Shown one piece after another: positions 39,427 through 54,163 of a stretch of 64,000 nucleotides of DNA (positions are counted from its first letter, which is position 1; the number at the start of each line of letters is the position of its first letter). The position numbers and the translations under genes were made by a program. Source of the DNA: Octopus vulgaris (Eukaryota). The DNA lies in the NCBI GenBank assembly GCA_951406725.2, contig OX597814.1, positions 180,234,001-180,298,000 of the forward strand, in the 5' to 3' direction. The notes beneath the pieces were generated by a model that saw only the letters and a list, made by a program, of their open reading frames with translations, was not told where the DNA came from and searched no databases.

Positions 39427-39959
39427 ATATCAAAATTGGAATTTATAAGAAATTTCTAGACTGTCTAAACTTTAATATTTACTTTCTTTTAGTAAACATT
39501 ACATTTTCATAATTTATTGATAAATAGTTTTCTTTATTATAATATGCATAACAGTGTGACATTTTGAGCATGTGTCTTCTACCATAGCCATGGGCTGAGC
39601 ATAGCCTTAAGAGTGGGCATTGCAGACAGAAGCTGAAAAAAGCCCTTCATGTATGGGTATGTATGTGTGTGTGTGTGTGCATGCATGCACTCATGTATGT
39701 GCATATGTGTACATATCTATATATGTTATCAATATCATCATCATTATAACATCTCTCTTTTCATGCTGGCATAAGTTGGACAATTCAACATGGACAGATG
39801 AGTCAGAGGAATGCACCGAGTTCTAGTATCTACCTTGGCATGGTTTCTATAACCAGATGCCCTTCTTAATGCCAACTAAATATTCTCAAAGCATCTCAAA
39901 GGAAAAATTTGCTATCACCTATTTTTTCATGAAAACCATTGAATAAAGGTGGTAGAGAG

Positions 39960-40002
<43 letters not shown>

Positions 40003-40387
40003 AGCATTGCAAGGAAACAGCAGACGAAAAGGGATACAAATATATATGTATGTGAGTATTTTTGTCTCCTTGTCCTGATATGATGTGACAATTGCAAGCA
40101 AGTATCTCTGCCATGCAAGAAGTCTTATTTGTTTCTAGTCATTCACAAAAGCATGTCCAGGCAAGGGAAAATATTAACTTGCTAGGAAAAAAGGTGATTA
40201 TTAGTAACAGGAAGTCTGGCAGTAAGAAAATGTGCCTCACTGAAGTTCCAAATGTAAGCATGCAAAAATAGAGACATTAAAAATAATTTTGATTATGTTG
40301 TTATTTTATTTTATATTTTTTAAATTTTATCTCGTTTCAGCTCACGAGCTGTGGCCATGCCGGGGCACCGCCATTTAAAATATACGT

Positions 40388-40606
40388 TTTTTTATTACCC
40401 ACAAGGGACTAAACATAGAGGGGACAAACAAGGACAGACAAACGGATTAAGTCGATTACATCGACCCAGTGCGTAACTGGTACTCAATTTATCGACCCCG
40501 AAAGGACAAAAGGCAAAGTCGACCTCGGCGGAATTTGAACACAGAACGTAACGGCAGACGAAATACAGCTACGCATTTCGCCCGGCGTGCTAATGTTTCT
40601 GCCAGT
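40388..40606 (-). mobile_element. SINE family A
   Basis: Reverse complement of the family A consensus. Confidence 0.9.
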
Positions 40607-40938
40607 TTGAAGAGACATACAAAAGTGATGACACATGAAAGGGGTGATATCATTCATATGTGCAGAAGTTTTCGTCAATTCTCCCCAAAATAGTCTTATG
40701 CCTTCTAGCTAATCTCTTAACTCCACTACAGGAATAAATCGGCTATTACTAACATAGTGTAAGTAAATGTAAAGAAAGAATGTCATATTTTCAGTTTCTA
40801 TAATAGAATAGATGTTTCTATAGATGTAACAGATATACAGAGAGTGAGAGACAAACTGATAGAAAGAGATGAGCATCCAATAACACTATACTTGTTCCAC
40901 ATCCTTGTGTTGTGTTTTCTCTTTGTTCGTGTTTGGAT

Positions 40939-40990
<52 letters not shown>

Positions 40991-41129
40991 GTGTATATAT
41001 ATATTACGTATATATGTCTATGTATATATACATATATACACATTTATTTGTAAATATATACATATTTGTCTATCTCCATATCTATTTATCAATATATACA
41101 TAAACATATATATATGTATATATATTTAT

Positions 41130-41160
<31 letters not shown>

Positions 41161-41280
41161 TAGATATATATATAGTTAGATAGATAGATAGATAGATATA
41201 GATATATATATATATAGATAGATAGATATTGTATAGATAGATATTGTGTTGTTGTGTTTTCTCTTTGTTCGTGTTTGGAT

Positions 41281-41346
<66 letters not shown>

Positions 41347-41860
41347 GTGTATATATATATTACGTATATATGTCTATGTATATATACATATATACACATT
41401 TATTTGTAAATATATACATATTTGTCTATCTCCATATCTATTTATCAATATATACATAAACATATATATATGTATATATATTTATATAGATAGATAGATA
41501 GATAGATATAGATATATATAGATAGATAGATATAGATAGATATAGATATATATAGATAGATAGATATAGATATATATAGATATAGATAGATAGATATAGA
41601 TATATATAGATATAGATAGATATAGATATAGATATATGTATGTATGTATGTATACATATAAATATCAGTTCCTTCTACCACATTTCACTCATAAGATCTT
41701 AGTTTTTGACTAAGGTTATGGCAGAGGAAACTTGCCTAAAGTGCTACTCATATGGTTTCTAAGTAAGCTTTCTAATCACATGGTAATGGATGTCTATTTT
41801 TCTCTTACAGTGTTTGTCTTATTTCCAAATCTTACTCTTTTCTTTCTGAATGTACATATG

Positions 41861-41899
<39 letters not shown>

Positions 41900-42124
41900 A
41901 AATACATACCCACACACAAATATATATATATGCATATAAATATACATACATACATATATGTATGTGTGTGTATGTATGTATGTATAATTCAGTTAGGCGT
42001 ATCAATAATAATAACTCAATATACATATACTTCAGACTAACACATAAATTGAGTATAGAGCATGATATGAAATTAAATAAATGACAAAGGATCAAGAAAT
42101 TATGTGACAAATTTTTTTTACTCT

Positions 42125-42691
<567 letters not shown>

Positions 42692-42692
<1 letters not shown>

Positions 42693-43052
42693 CAGCTCAC
42701 AGCTGTTTCTGCTACCAGATGCAGAGTTCTCAAAGCTGAGCAATTGTACATCATCTTATAGCTTCCTTGGAACTTCAAAAATGAAGTGTAACTTTATTTG
42801 GGCAAGCATTTACAAATATGGATAAGTTCATCATCCAAAAAAATAAAAGTATTACATAATAAATATAAGCACCAAATTATCTAAATCTACATATTTCTGA
42901 GAGTGGTTTTCATTATACAATGTAGAATGTATTTTTTGCTATCCCAAATAAACTTGCATTTCATTTTTGATGTTCTGAGGAAGCTATAAGGTGATGCACA
43001 AGCACTCAGCTCTGTGTATGCTGCATCTGATAGCAGAAATGGCTGTAAGCTA
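42692..43052. mobile_element. Old fold-back MITE with ~110-bp diverged TIRs
   Basis: AGCTCACAGCTGTTTCTGCTACCAGATGCAG..TTATAGCTTCC..TTTATTTGGG is inverted at CCCAAATAAAC..GGAAGCTATAAG..CTGCATCTGATAGCAGAAATGGCTGTAAGCT. Confidence 0.7.
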
Positions 43053-43302
43053 ATGAAGTTCACTGTATAATTTTTTGTCCTTTTGTCATTTATTTAATTA
43101 TACACACTCACATCCATGCAGACATACACAGTGGTATCAAAAAGGGTGTTCAGCTGTAGAAACCATTTCACAATAGACAATTTGGAGTCTCGCCAGCTCC
43201 CCAGCTGACCAGCTCCCCAGCTCCCCAGCTGACCAGCTCCTATCAAACTGTCCAACCCATGCCAGCATGGAAAATAGACATTAAATGGAGATGATGATGA
43301 TG

Positions 43303-43397
<95 letters not shown>

Positions 43398-43399
43398 AG

Positions 43400-43827
43400 T
43401 GCAGGTGTGGCTGTGTGGTAAGAAGCTTGCTTCCCAACCACACGGTTCAAGGTTCAGTCCCACTGCATGGCACTTTGGGCACTTGTCTTCTACTATGGCT
43501 TCAGGCTGACCAAAGCCTTGTGAGTGGATTTGGTTGACGGAAACTGAAAGACGCCTGTCATATATATATCAAGAGTGACAGAGAGAGAGAGAGGAGAAAT
43601 GGAAAGAAAGGAAGAGACGTAAACAAGAGACTATGGCACTACAACCAGCCTGGAACAGTCTTCGCTACATTTGCGGTACCTGCCAGAGGGAGTGTTTGTC
43701 CAGGATAGGACTACACAGCCACAGCAGGAAATGTATCAGGACATGAAATATAAAAGCCGGACTAGACTACAAAAAAAAAATTTTTTTTAAATGCTCAACT
43801 CCATTGTGTCCCAAGACAGAAAGGATG

Positions 43828-43892
<65 letters not shown>

Positions 43893-44135
43893 ATATATAT
43901 GTATATATTTGTGTGTTTGTGTCTGTATTTGTTCTCCCACCATTGCTTGACGACTAATGTTGGTGTGTAGTGTTCCCGTAATTTAGAAGTTCGGCAAAAG
44001 AGACCAACAGAATAAGTACTAGGCTTATGAAGAATAAGTCCAGGGGTTAATTTGTTAGACTAAAACTCCTTAAGATGGTGCTCCAACATGGCCACAGTCA
44101 AATGACTGAAACTAATAATGGGAATGACTGAAACT
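43400..44135 (+). mobile_element. SINE family B split by a ~270-bp insertion in its (TA)n
   Basis: Head 43400-43560 and tail 43900-44135 match family B; foreign sequence 43570-43830. Confidence 0.8.
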
Positions 44136-44322
44136 AGTAAGGTGCTGAGCTGGCAGAAACGTTAGCACACCCCCTTTTTTTTTTTTTTTTGCTTTCCTCT
44201 TTCTTTCCTTTTACGATCCTTTTTGATCGAAAACCAACCCCCCTTTTTTTTTATCCCCCAAAAAGAAAAGCTCTACCTTGTAATTTGTCCCATCTGTGTG
44301 CAGCCCTGTGTGGCTAATAAAG

Positions 44323-44404
<82 letters not shown>

Positions 44405-44946
44405 TTGTGTGTCTGTCTGTCTATCTATCTATTATGGATATGTATTTGCATAGCAAGTGCTTTGATTTGAGATCATGTGCTTTTTCACTCTCTCATTATT
44501 GTTCTCACTGTCTCAATATGCTCTCTCTCTCTCTCTCATATACTCTCTATTTCGATCATGTGATCTCTTATTTTCTCTGTTTCTTTTTTGCAAATCCTTT
44601 TGCTCACTTTTTCTCTCTTATTCACTCTCTGCATCTTCCTTTTCCCCCACTGACTTTTTTCCATCAATATTTTTTCCTTGTACCCATGCACACAATTGTT
44701 CTCCTTCTCTCTCTCCATCTTTCTCTCTCTCTCTCACCTTGTCCAGTCTTATATTCTTTCTGTCTCTCCCTTCTTCTCATGCACTTTTCTTCTCTCTGCT
44801 ACTCAGATTTTATGCCAAACTCTTCCTTAATATCACTCTCTCCTTCTATCGTTCAGCCTGTTTCTCTGAAAACAGATGTACATATATGTATTTATTTAGG
44901 GTGTCGCTCGCTTAAGAACTTGTACACACACAAACACACACGTGCG

Positions 44947-44984
<38 letters not shown>

Positions 44985-45793
44985 GTTGAAATTAATAGAA
45001 AAAAAGGGCGAAGACAGGTGTATGAACAACAAGCAGGTGTATTAGATTGACACTCGGGAAAATGAAAAAAGTCTTTTACGTTTCGAGCCTACGCTCTTCA
45101 ACAGAAAGGATTAAGAGAAAATAAATAGAAGCAGAATGAAATTTTAAAAAAAACCCTGTAGATTTAGCTGTCAAGCGTAGCGAAAGCTTAGCAAAAAAAT
45201 TTGAAAGAAAAGGTTGAAAAAAAGGAGATAATAAAATACTGGTAATCCCAAATGAAGGTGCGCGTGCGTGTGTGTGTATGTGAGAATGGTGTGTGTGAAT
45301 AGGCTAGTGACTCTGACGTTTGTGAATGTATGTGTGTGTGTGTAAGTGTGTGCATCTAACGTGTGGCTGTTCATATAGTGGTATGTGAGGTGGGTTCAAA
45401 TTCCGCCGAGGTCAATTTTGCCTTTCATCCTTTCGGGAAATGTTGAAATTATAGGCCTTTTGCATATGAGAGAAAGGATGCTCTATATAACATATTTAAC
45501 GTATGTCATATCACTGAAAAAGTCAGAAACTGCAGCGGTATTCTGAGAAAAAGATCCCTTTAAATACATACTGTGTTAAAAAATACGACATGCTTCAGGA
45601 CTAGATGAAATGAAATCGACCCAGAAGTTACCACGAAAGTAACAGATAACGCTCAATACACAGAACTGGAAAATGTAAGAACTCAGTACTTTGAACGAAA
45701 TCTAAACTATTAGTGCACGAGAGATGCAGTAGGATCCCAGGCAGGTTAACAGAGAAGAAAGACTTCATTTGGAGGATATTTACGGGAGTAGTT

Positions 45794-46203
45794 GGACATT
45801 TTCGGTTTGAACGGCAGTTTTTTAAAATAATTTCCACGTAACTAAACACTTTTAAACTTCGTATACTGGTAGAATGTGTTTATAAAACATCTTTTTCTCT
45901 TGGCTTTATTGAGAAAATTCTATACTTTGTAAGATATTTGTTGTTTTTTTTCTTCAATTTCTACAATTTCAACCAATCAATGACGTCTATTGAGGTGAAA
46001 ACATTCTGTGCCGTATAAATATGTCCTTCGTTTAAGAAACAGATTGGGCTTATTTACATTTGTGAAGAAAAAAAGATACCCTTCCCCCACCCCTAACCCT
46101 AAAACAGATTGAAATGCAATAGATCGATACTAGGGTCATAATTATAGGTGACAATTTCATATGACACCGATAGAAAAAACTGCCGTTCAAACCGAAAAGA
46201 TCC
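45794..46203 (-). mobile_element. Merlin-type MITE, copy 2
   Basis: Reverse of 3889-4323; TSD GAGTAGTT at 45786-45793 and 46204-46211; CCCTAA repeats. Confidence 0.9.
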
Positions 46204-46759
46204 GAGTAGTTATCTGTAAGAGAACTCGTGAAATAATTCTTTCAAATATTTCAAAAACTATCAAGAAGTAGTTGAGAGCTTCTGTTACTTACGTCAGGGT
46301 TTCCAGTCACCGGGCTGCAGACCAGTTCTGAGCCGGGAATCATTTAATACCAGGGCGCAGAAAAAGAATAAATCATTAAACTTCATTTCTAATTTATTGA
46401 CGATCGCAGCCTGCTGGGTGTTTTCTGACTGAAAAATTACCCTTCCGTCTTTGTCACTTTCACGCACTTGTCACAGGTTTTTTTTCATTCACCGATAAAT
46501 CAAGCCCACAAACCAACTTAGCAATAATTAGAGAAACAAATTCCATTTTCTTTCTTTTTTTTTCTTTTTGCTTTCTAGAAAAATCGCATGTTTTCTGGTG
46601 TTTACTCATAAACAATTTATTGCGTAAAATTTTGCACAATTTGATTTTTCTAAGTACGTTACAGTTTTCTTTGGGTGAAAACTTAGTCACGCTATACTAA
46701 CATCCACACCACCCCACCCCAATCCATAAGAACATTGCCTTACATGAAACTAGTCCTTG

Positions 46760-47240
46760 AAGTAAAATAGGTTGGTGACTGATGATCTACGAGACCTCAT
46801 TACTAAAGAAGGCCAGGTATCACGAAAGCATAGTAGTCGGTGTAAGAGTGTATGAAAATGATGAGATAGCGCTTTCATCAGAAGGCAGATTATGTGAGGT
46901 TTTGCGGACGAAGTGTGATGGTGCTTGGGCACTGAATGCGAAAGTAAGGAAGAAAGGAATATGCGCCACTGGATGTGAATTGTTAGAGAGATATGAACCG
47001 GACGTAAAAGGAATTAGAAGTAACGTACTGCAGAGAAGACTGCACTGGTTTGGATATATAAAGGGAATGGGCCTATGACAGTCGGGTAAAGAAGGAAGAA
47101 CGAAGAAGACAAGAAAGAAGTGGTTGGATGTTGATATTAAGATGTTGAGCATTACGTAGGAGAGGAAAGATAGCAACAAAAGACGAAATGTTGTGAAAGA
47201 GAATACGTCGAACCCATGCCAGTATGGAAAATAGTGGAAT
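46760..47240 (+). mobile_element. Decayed RTE-group LINE 3' remnant
   Basis: ..DVKGIRSNVLQRRLHWFGYI.. GRTKKT..W and tail AACCCATGCCAGTATGGAAAA shared with other repeats in the window. Confidence 0.6.
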
Positions 47241-47350
47241 CGTCCTTACGGTCTTTAAAATTTAAGTAAGATCTGCGTAGATTGAAGCGTTCTATTCGAT
47301 TTACTATATATTTCTTTATTTATTCGATTTACTATATTTAAATGTCATAA

Positions 47351-47785
47351 GGCGGCGAGCTGGCAGATAAGGCGGTGAGCTGGCAGAAACGTTAGCACGC
47401 CGGACGAAATGCCTAGCGGTATTTTGTCTGCCGTTACGTTGTGAGTTCAAATTCCGCCGAGGTCGACTTTGCCTTTCATCCTTTCGAGGTCGATAAATTA
47501 AGTACCAGTTACGCACTGGGGTCGATGTAATCGACTTAATACCTATGTCTGTCCTTGTTTGTCCCCCTCTGTGTTTAGCCCCTTGTGGGTAATAAAGAAA
47601 TAGGTATTTCGTCTGCCGTTACGTTCTGAGTTCAAATTTCGCCGAGGTCGGCTTTGCCTTTCATCCTTTCGGGGTCGATAAATAAAGTACCTGTTTCGCA
47701 CTGGTGTCGATGTAATCGACTTAATTCCTTTGTCTGTCCTTGTGTGTCCCTCTCTGTGTTTAACCCCTTGTGGGTAGTAAAGAAA
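47351..47785 (+). mobile_element. SINE family A dimer with duplicated head, 16-bp TSD
   Basis: TATATTTAAATGTCAT on both flanks; AAGGCGGYGAGCTGGCAGA twice at the 5' end; two core+tail units. Confidence 0.9.
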
Positions 47786-48529
47786 TATATATTTAAATGT
47801 CATTAGGGTTTTCGCTTCGTCGTTGATTATATCGTATGTATTTTTTGGGTGTATATTCTCACTATATTGCTTAATAGCAATCTTTGGAAAATGTTCCTTC
47901 CTATTTATTTCGATATAATAAGTTTGCATAGGTATACTGCTTGTATTTATGAAGAATTGATGAATGTTTACTTTGTGAATTTTGAAATGCGTTAGTGCAA
48001 TTTTTACATCTTATATTTTTGTAACTTTAATAAAATCCATTTCGAATTCTTTCAGGTTCTTATGTCATAGAGTATTCCTGTTGGATTTGAAACCAGTTTC
48101 TCTTTCTTTCAGAGCAAGGGTACATTGTTAGGGCCTACGCCAAAGAAGAACGTCTTACATTTCCTTCTTCTTAGTAAGATTTTTTTTGTATTAGAAGTTC
48201 TAAGTGAAGTTGTACTTGCACTATTGTAATGTTTTTCACTGAGTGTACTGTAGGCTGTTTTCTTTTCTAACATTTATGATTTCTGGGGAGTGGGGTGTAT
48301 TGCTCAAACCATTGTTTATTTGGTTATAAATAACAACAACAAAAAATCGTAATTAGTACACAGAATCTTTTAAGTTCGATTATAATCTAAAAAGAAACAA
48401 GGGAAATAATTTTAATAAAATCAAGTAACTGAAGTTCTTTGGAAACTATCCATTCATCTACCCATTTTCTCTGTCCACTTTTCTTGAAAGAATCGTGAAG
48501 GTAGAGTATTCAGGCACCTCCTCCATAAG

Positions 48530-49490
48530 GTCCTATCAAAAGCAACTGTCTTTACACTTCTCGGTTGGATCCAAAGCATGACCAACTAAGACTATGGATA
48601 ATACCTAACCATCTCGTTCTTGCTCTAAACACAAATCTTCTTTTTGCTCTAAATCCAAATCTCCTTCCTGGTCAGTTTGAAAAGCCCATTTTGCGATTCT
48701 TTCCTGCAACATTCTGCTCACGTGTCCGTAGTACCGGAGCTATGGCTTCTCAATGTGGAGAAGTTGCGGTTCGACCTGATGAAACTTCTTGATTTCCGAG
48801 TTATGCATTCTGTCATGAAACGTTACTCTAGAGACATTTTGTAGAAACCCCACTTCGGCCGCTTGTGTTAGCGATCGTACATTTTCAGTCGTTATTCAGT
48901 ATTTATGACCATAAGTGAAGATAGGCACGGAAACCGAAATGTAGATGACAAGTTTGATTTTTCCTTTACCAACGTCTCCTCTTCTGAGGATCGAATGCTG
49001 GAGCTGACGCATAACTATACCAGCACCTGCAATTCTAGCATCCAACCCAGCCCCCTGTTTACCTTCACTCGTCAATACGGCCCTGAAGTACTTAAACGTC
49101 TTCACTTATCTCAGAGACGTTCCACTTGCATTTCTTCGAGAAGACCAATGTCTTAATCTTCGCAATATTAATTCTCATTTCTGGCTTGCAGCACTCGGCA
49201 GCGAACCCATTCTGTACATGCTGAAGACCATCTTCTAATGAATCTAAGTAGCACCATTCATCTACAAATATCAGCTCCTACCGATGGTGATATCGCCTCC
49301 ACAACTGTTGCGTGTGTTAATCCAGTTCATAAAAATTATAAGGAGAGGTGACAAAATCCACCCCGGTAAAAATTCAACATCTACGTTGAAAGATTTCGAC
49401 TTGGCACCATCTACAGCAACACAAACATCTGAGCATTTGTATAAGGACGTCACGGCAATCAGAAGCCGCCTGTTAATCCCAAACAATGCA
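48530..49490 (-). mobile_element. RTE-clade (Rex3/Expander-like) RT remnant
   Basis: FGINRRLLIAVTSLYKCSDVCVAVDGAKSKSFNVDV..PGWILSPLLIIFMNWI and FKYF..LTSEGK..DARIAGAG.VMRQL..KL.IY.S..VP..TYGH. Confidence 0.85.
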
Positions 49491-50063
49491 GCTCAACATA
49501 TGGAAAATATAATTGCAAAGCAGGAGTGGATCTGTTTGTTCAGCCAAATGTCGAAAGCAATGGATATGTTTTGGTCTTTTTTGAAGAGTACCCAATTCAT
49601 TTGGCCAAACTGAGAATGATCAAATATATATGGAAAATGGAGGAATGCTGTGACGCTGATTATAGAAATAAAATATATGGCCAGAAGAAAATATCTGAAG
49701 AGAATCTTCTTTGCTCTAAATACAAGTACAGTTAAACTTAGATTAATTAATATTTTTATGCAATCAGTAGACAAAATCTCCTTTTGGGTTTGTTTATAAT
49801 CTAATAGCGACAAACAAAGGAAATAATATCAATAAAATCAGTTAATTTGACATTTTCAGAAAACATAGAGAATGTAGTGTGGGAGATCAGGTTTTTAGTG
49901 AACCGGTGAAAGCAATGAACATATTTCGGACAGATTAGAATTCACATTAGGTTTTTAAGTGAAACAAGAATCAGCACCATTTGAAATTCAGTGGTCAATT
50001 CTCGGCCACGTCACCTCATGTATCGATGGCTATTTTTGTTTACATTTTCCCAGTAAACTATGC

Positions 50064-50485
50064 GGATCTTTTCGGTTTGAACGGCAGTTTTTTCTAGCTG
50101 TGTCATATGAAATTGTCACCCATAATTATGACCCTAGTATCGATCTATTGCATTTCAATCTGTTTTAGGGTTAGGGTTAGGAGTGGGGGGGGGGGAGGGT
50201 ATAATTTTTTCTTCACAAGTGTAAATAAACCCAATCTGTTTCTTAAACGAGGGACATATTCATACGGCACAGAATGTTTTTTTTTACCTCAATAGACGTC
50301 ATTGATTGGTTGAAATTGCAGAAATTGCAGAAAAAACAACAAATATCTTACAAACTATAGAATTTTCTCAATAAAGCCAAGAGAAAAAAATGTTTTATAA
50401 ACACATTCTATCAGTATACGGAGTTTAAAATCTTTTAGTTACCTAGAAATTATGTTTAAAACTGCCGTCCAAACCGAAAAGATCT
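50064..50485 (+). mobile_element. Merlin-type MITE, copy 3
   Basis: Same TIRs; TSD AACTATGC at 50056-50063 and 50486-50493; TTAGGG repeats. Confidence 0.9.
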
Positions 50486-51168
50486 AACTATGCTTAATGA
50501 AAAAGTATACTATTCCAAGCAATTACCGCTTAAACGAATGATCAGAGATGTTAGGCAATAGTCAACACTGCTTTTACTATGTCCTTAAAAATTATGTACC
50601 ACCGAATGAGACCAGCAGCAACTTGCATTCAATGTTTGAACATTCAGAGAACTTTGTGTAGTACATATTACCGCCAAGTTTTAAGACTCTTAGATGTTTT
50701 TACTCCCTTCCTCTCTTCTTGCTTTTACTTCCTTCCTATCAGTCACGGACTACACACACACATACAGACTCATGCGTATGTATGTATGTATATGGAAACA
50801 CACACACATACATTTAATTCAATGAGTTACCTATTGATAGGAACATTGATGAGCCACTTAAAACAAAGAACTGAAAATGCCAGGTATAGGTGTTGATATA
50901 TTTCTTTAAAACAATGATGCAAACCAAGGCCAGCAATTTCGAGGAAGGGGTAAGTCGATTATATTGACCCTAGTGCTCAGCTGGTACTTATTTTATCGAC
51001 TATGAAAAAAAAAAAAAAAAAAAAGAAAAAGAGGCGAAGTCGACCTCGGCGGCATTAGATCTCACAGCGTTAAAACAGATGAAATGCCGCTAAGTATTTT
51101 GTCCGGCGTGCTAACGATTCTGCCAGCCCCAGCTCACCACCTTAAATAATACATACACGCACACGCAC

Positions 51169-51237
<69 letters not shown>

Positions 51238-51929
51238 GCGGAATTTCACACACATAGCGGAATTTCACACACATAGCGGAATTTCGTCTGTCTTTACGTT
51301 CTGAGTTCGAATTCCACCGGCTTTGCCTTTCATCCTTTCGGGGGTCAATAAATTAACTACCAGTTGCGTACTGGAGTCGATCTAATCTGCTCCCTTCCCA
51401 CTCGCCAAAAATTTCAGGCCTTGTGGCTAGAGTAGAAAAGAGTATATATATTGAGTAGAATATGCTACACTGATGATGTCGACAGACATCAAAACCTAAC
51501 AAACCATTGCGCTCATGAGTTGGCAGAAGATCAGATCTACTCCTGTACTGCATGGTTTGTATGTTCCAAGATATTTCAATTAATTGATTTTACTGGAGTT
51601 ATCTCTCTTACTTTTTGTTTTCAGTTTATGTATTATAAATGTATGGATAGTCTCATTTACTCGAAGCTTTGAAAGCGAGTTAGCAGAGCCATGCAGTATT
51701 TCTTCCAACTCCCTGCGCTCTGTGTTCAAATCCTCCCGACATCAATATTGCTTTTCATCTTGTCGAGGTTGATCAAAAAAAGAGTGTACTAACCCCAGGC
51801 TGAAGCTTAGTAGAAATTCGAAAACGTCCAACTGGATGCCTTGTGGTATTTATCCAGTCTCTTGTTCTATGTTCAAATCCCGTCATGGCATACTCGAGTG
51901 GCAGACTTAATATCCTACCTGAATTATCA

Positions 51930-52316
51930 TCCTTTTCTACTCTAGGCAGAAGGCCTGAAATTTTGGGGGAAGCGGCCAGTCGATTAGATCGACCCCAGTA
52001 CGCAAATGGTACTTAATTTATCGACCCCGAAAGGACGAAATGCAAAGTCGACCGCGGCGGAATTTGAACTCAGAACGTAGTGGCAGAGAAATACCTGTTT
52101 CTTTATTACCCACAAGGGGCTAACATAGAGGGGACAAACAAGGACAGACAAACGGATTAAGTCGATTACATCGGCCCCAGTGCGTAACTGGTACTTATTT
52201 AATCAACCCCGGAAGGATGAAAGGCAAAATCGACCACGGCGGAATTTGAACTCAGAACGTAACGGCAGATGAAATACGGCTACGCATTTCGGCCGGCGTG
52301 CTAACGATTCTGCCTT
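51930..52316 (-). mobile_element. SINE family A hetero-dimer (two different tails)
   Basis: Two family A cores; one tail CCCCTTGTGGGTAATAAAG, the other AAATTTCAGGCCTTCTGCCTAGAGTAG. Confidence 0.85.
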
Positions 52317-52928
52317 GCCATCTGATATCTGGGTGTTTTTAGCGCGGGGCACTCTGTTGTAAGCATTTGAATTAGGTTTCCAGTTTTTGCATGCTTTCCT
52401 CACTCCCTTCCTCTCTTCCTCCTATCAGTCTTGGACTTCCTATAAAGTATCAAGGACGCTACCTTCCCTCTAGACAAGATAAAAAATATAAGTAGATAAG
52501 TGCACTTGCGTATTTATATACGTATGTATATACGTAAGTATGTAGTTATAGATATGTATGTATACGTGTATAATACATACATACATACATACACACACCT
52601 ACACACACGTATATATATATATAAATTTTATCTTGTAATGAAACGATTTATTCATACATTTAAATTAACTTCGTAGTTGATGTGTTAAATACGTCATAAT
52701 GTGAAAGGTGATATTTGTATTAAAATCGTTGAAACAGCTGTAAAGTAGAAATAAATTGTGTTTTGTGAAATTATTACTTTTTACCATCCTTACACACACA
52801 CCACCTACACATACGCACACACACCACCTACACATACACACACATACATAGAATTAATCTAAAATATGAACTATATGTGAAATTTATGCTGTTATGATAT
52901 ATATATATCGCCTATATATATATATATA

Positions 52929-53410
52929 GGCGCAGGAGTGGCTGTGTGGTAAGTAGCTTGTTTAGCAACCACATGGTTCCGGGTTCAAGTGTCTTATGCT
53001 GTTATGATATATATATATCGCCTATATATATATATAGGCGCAGGAGTGGCTGTGTGGTAAGTAGCTTGTTTAGCAACCACATGGTTCCGGGTTCAAGTGT
53101 CTTCTACTATAGCCTCGGGCCAACCAAAGCTTTGTGAGTGGATTTGGTAGACGGAAACTGAAAGAAGCCCGTCATATATATGTATATATATATATGCGTG
53201 TGTGTGTTTGTGTGAGTGTGTTTGTCCCCCTAGCATTGCTTGACAACCGATGCTGGTGTGTTTATGTCCCCGTTACTTAACGGTTCGGCAAAAGAGACCG
53301 ATAGAATAAGTACTGGGCTTACAAAAGAATAAGTCCCGGGGTCGAGTTGCTCGATTAAAGGCGGTGCTCCAGCATGGCCGCAGTCAAATGACTGAAACAA
53401 GTAAAAGAGT
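52929..53410 (+). mobile_element. SINE family B with tandemly duplicated 5' end
   Basis: Family B consensus; the ~110-bp flank+head block is repeated. Confidence 0.88.
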
Positions 53411-53684
53411 GTATATTATATATATATATATACACACACACACTTTAGGTTAGTTCAAATATGTTTAGGATATACTTAATTTCTAAAAGCAATTTCACTG
53501 CAATGGAGAGAAAAAAATTCTCTTTCTGTAAACGGTGTAAAGACGCTCTTATCAGCTGAAATCGTCCTCTGTGACCCACTCGATACACATTTCTGACTCT
53601 CACCTGTCTCAGTAGCGGATATGAAAGAGAGGTAAACCTGAGCTGACAGAAAGCCTTAACTTTATAATAAATCAGTAAATACTA

Positions 53685-53898
53685 CTCGCTTTTTACTCTT
53701 TTACTTGTTTCAGTTATTTGACCTCAACCATGCTGGAGCACCACCTTTACTCGAGCAAATCGAACGCAGGACTTATTCTTTGTAAGCCTAGTACTTATTC
53801 TATCGGTCTCTTTTGCCGAACCGCTAAGTTAGGGGTAACGTATACACCCCAGCATCGGTTGTCAAGTGATGTTGGGAGGACAAACACAGACACACACA

Positions 53899-53989
<91 letters not shown>

Positions 53990-54163
53990 ACACACACACA
54001 TATATACATATACATATATACGACGGGCTTCTTTCCGTCTCAAGGCTTTGGTCGGCCCGAGGCTATAATATAAGACACTTGCCCAATGTTCCACGCAGTG
54101 GGACTGAATACGGAACCATGTGGTTGGTAAGCAAGCTACTTACCGCACAGCCACTCCTGCGCC
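53685..54163 (-). mobile_element. SINE family B, inverted relative to 52929-53410
   Basis: Reverse complement of the family B consensus with (CA)n expansion. Confidence 0.88.
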
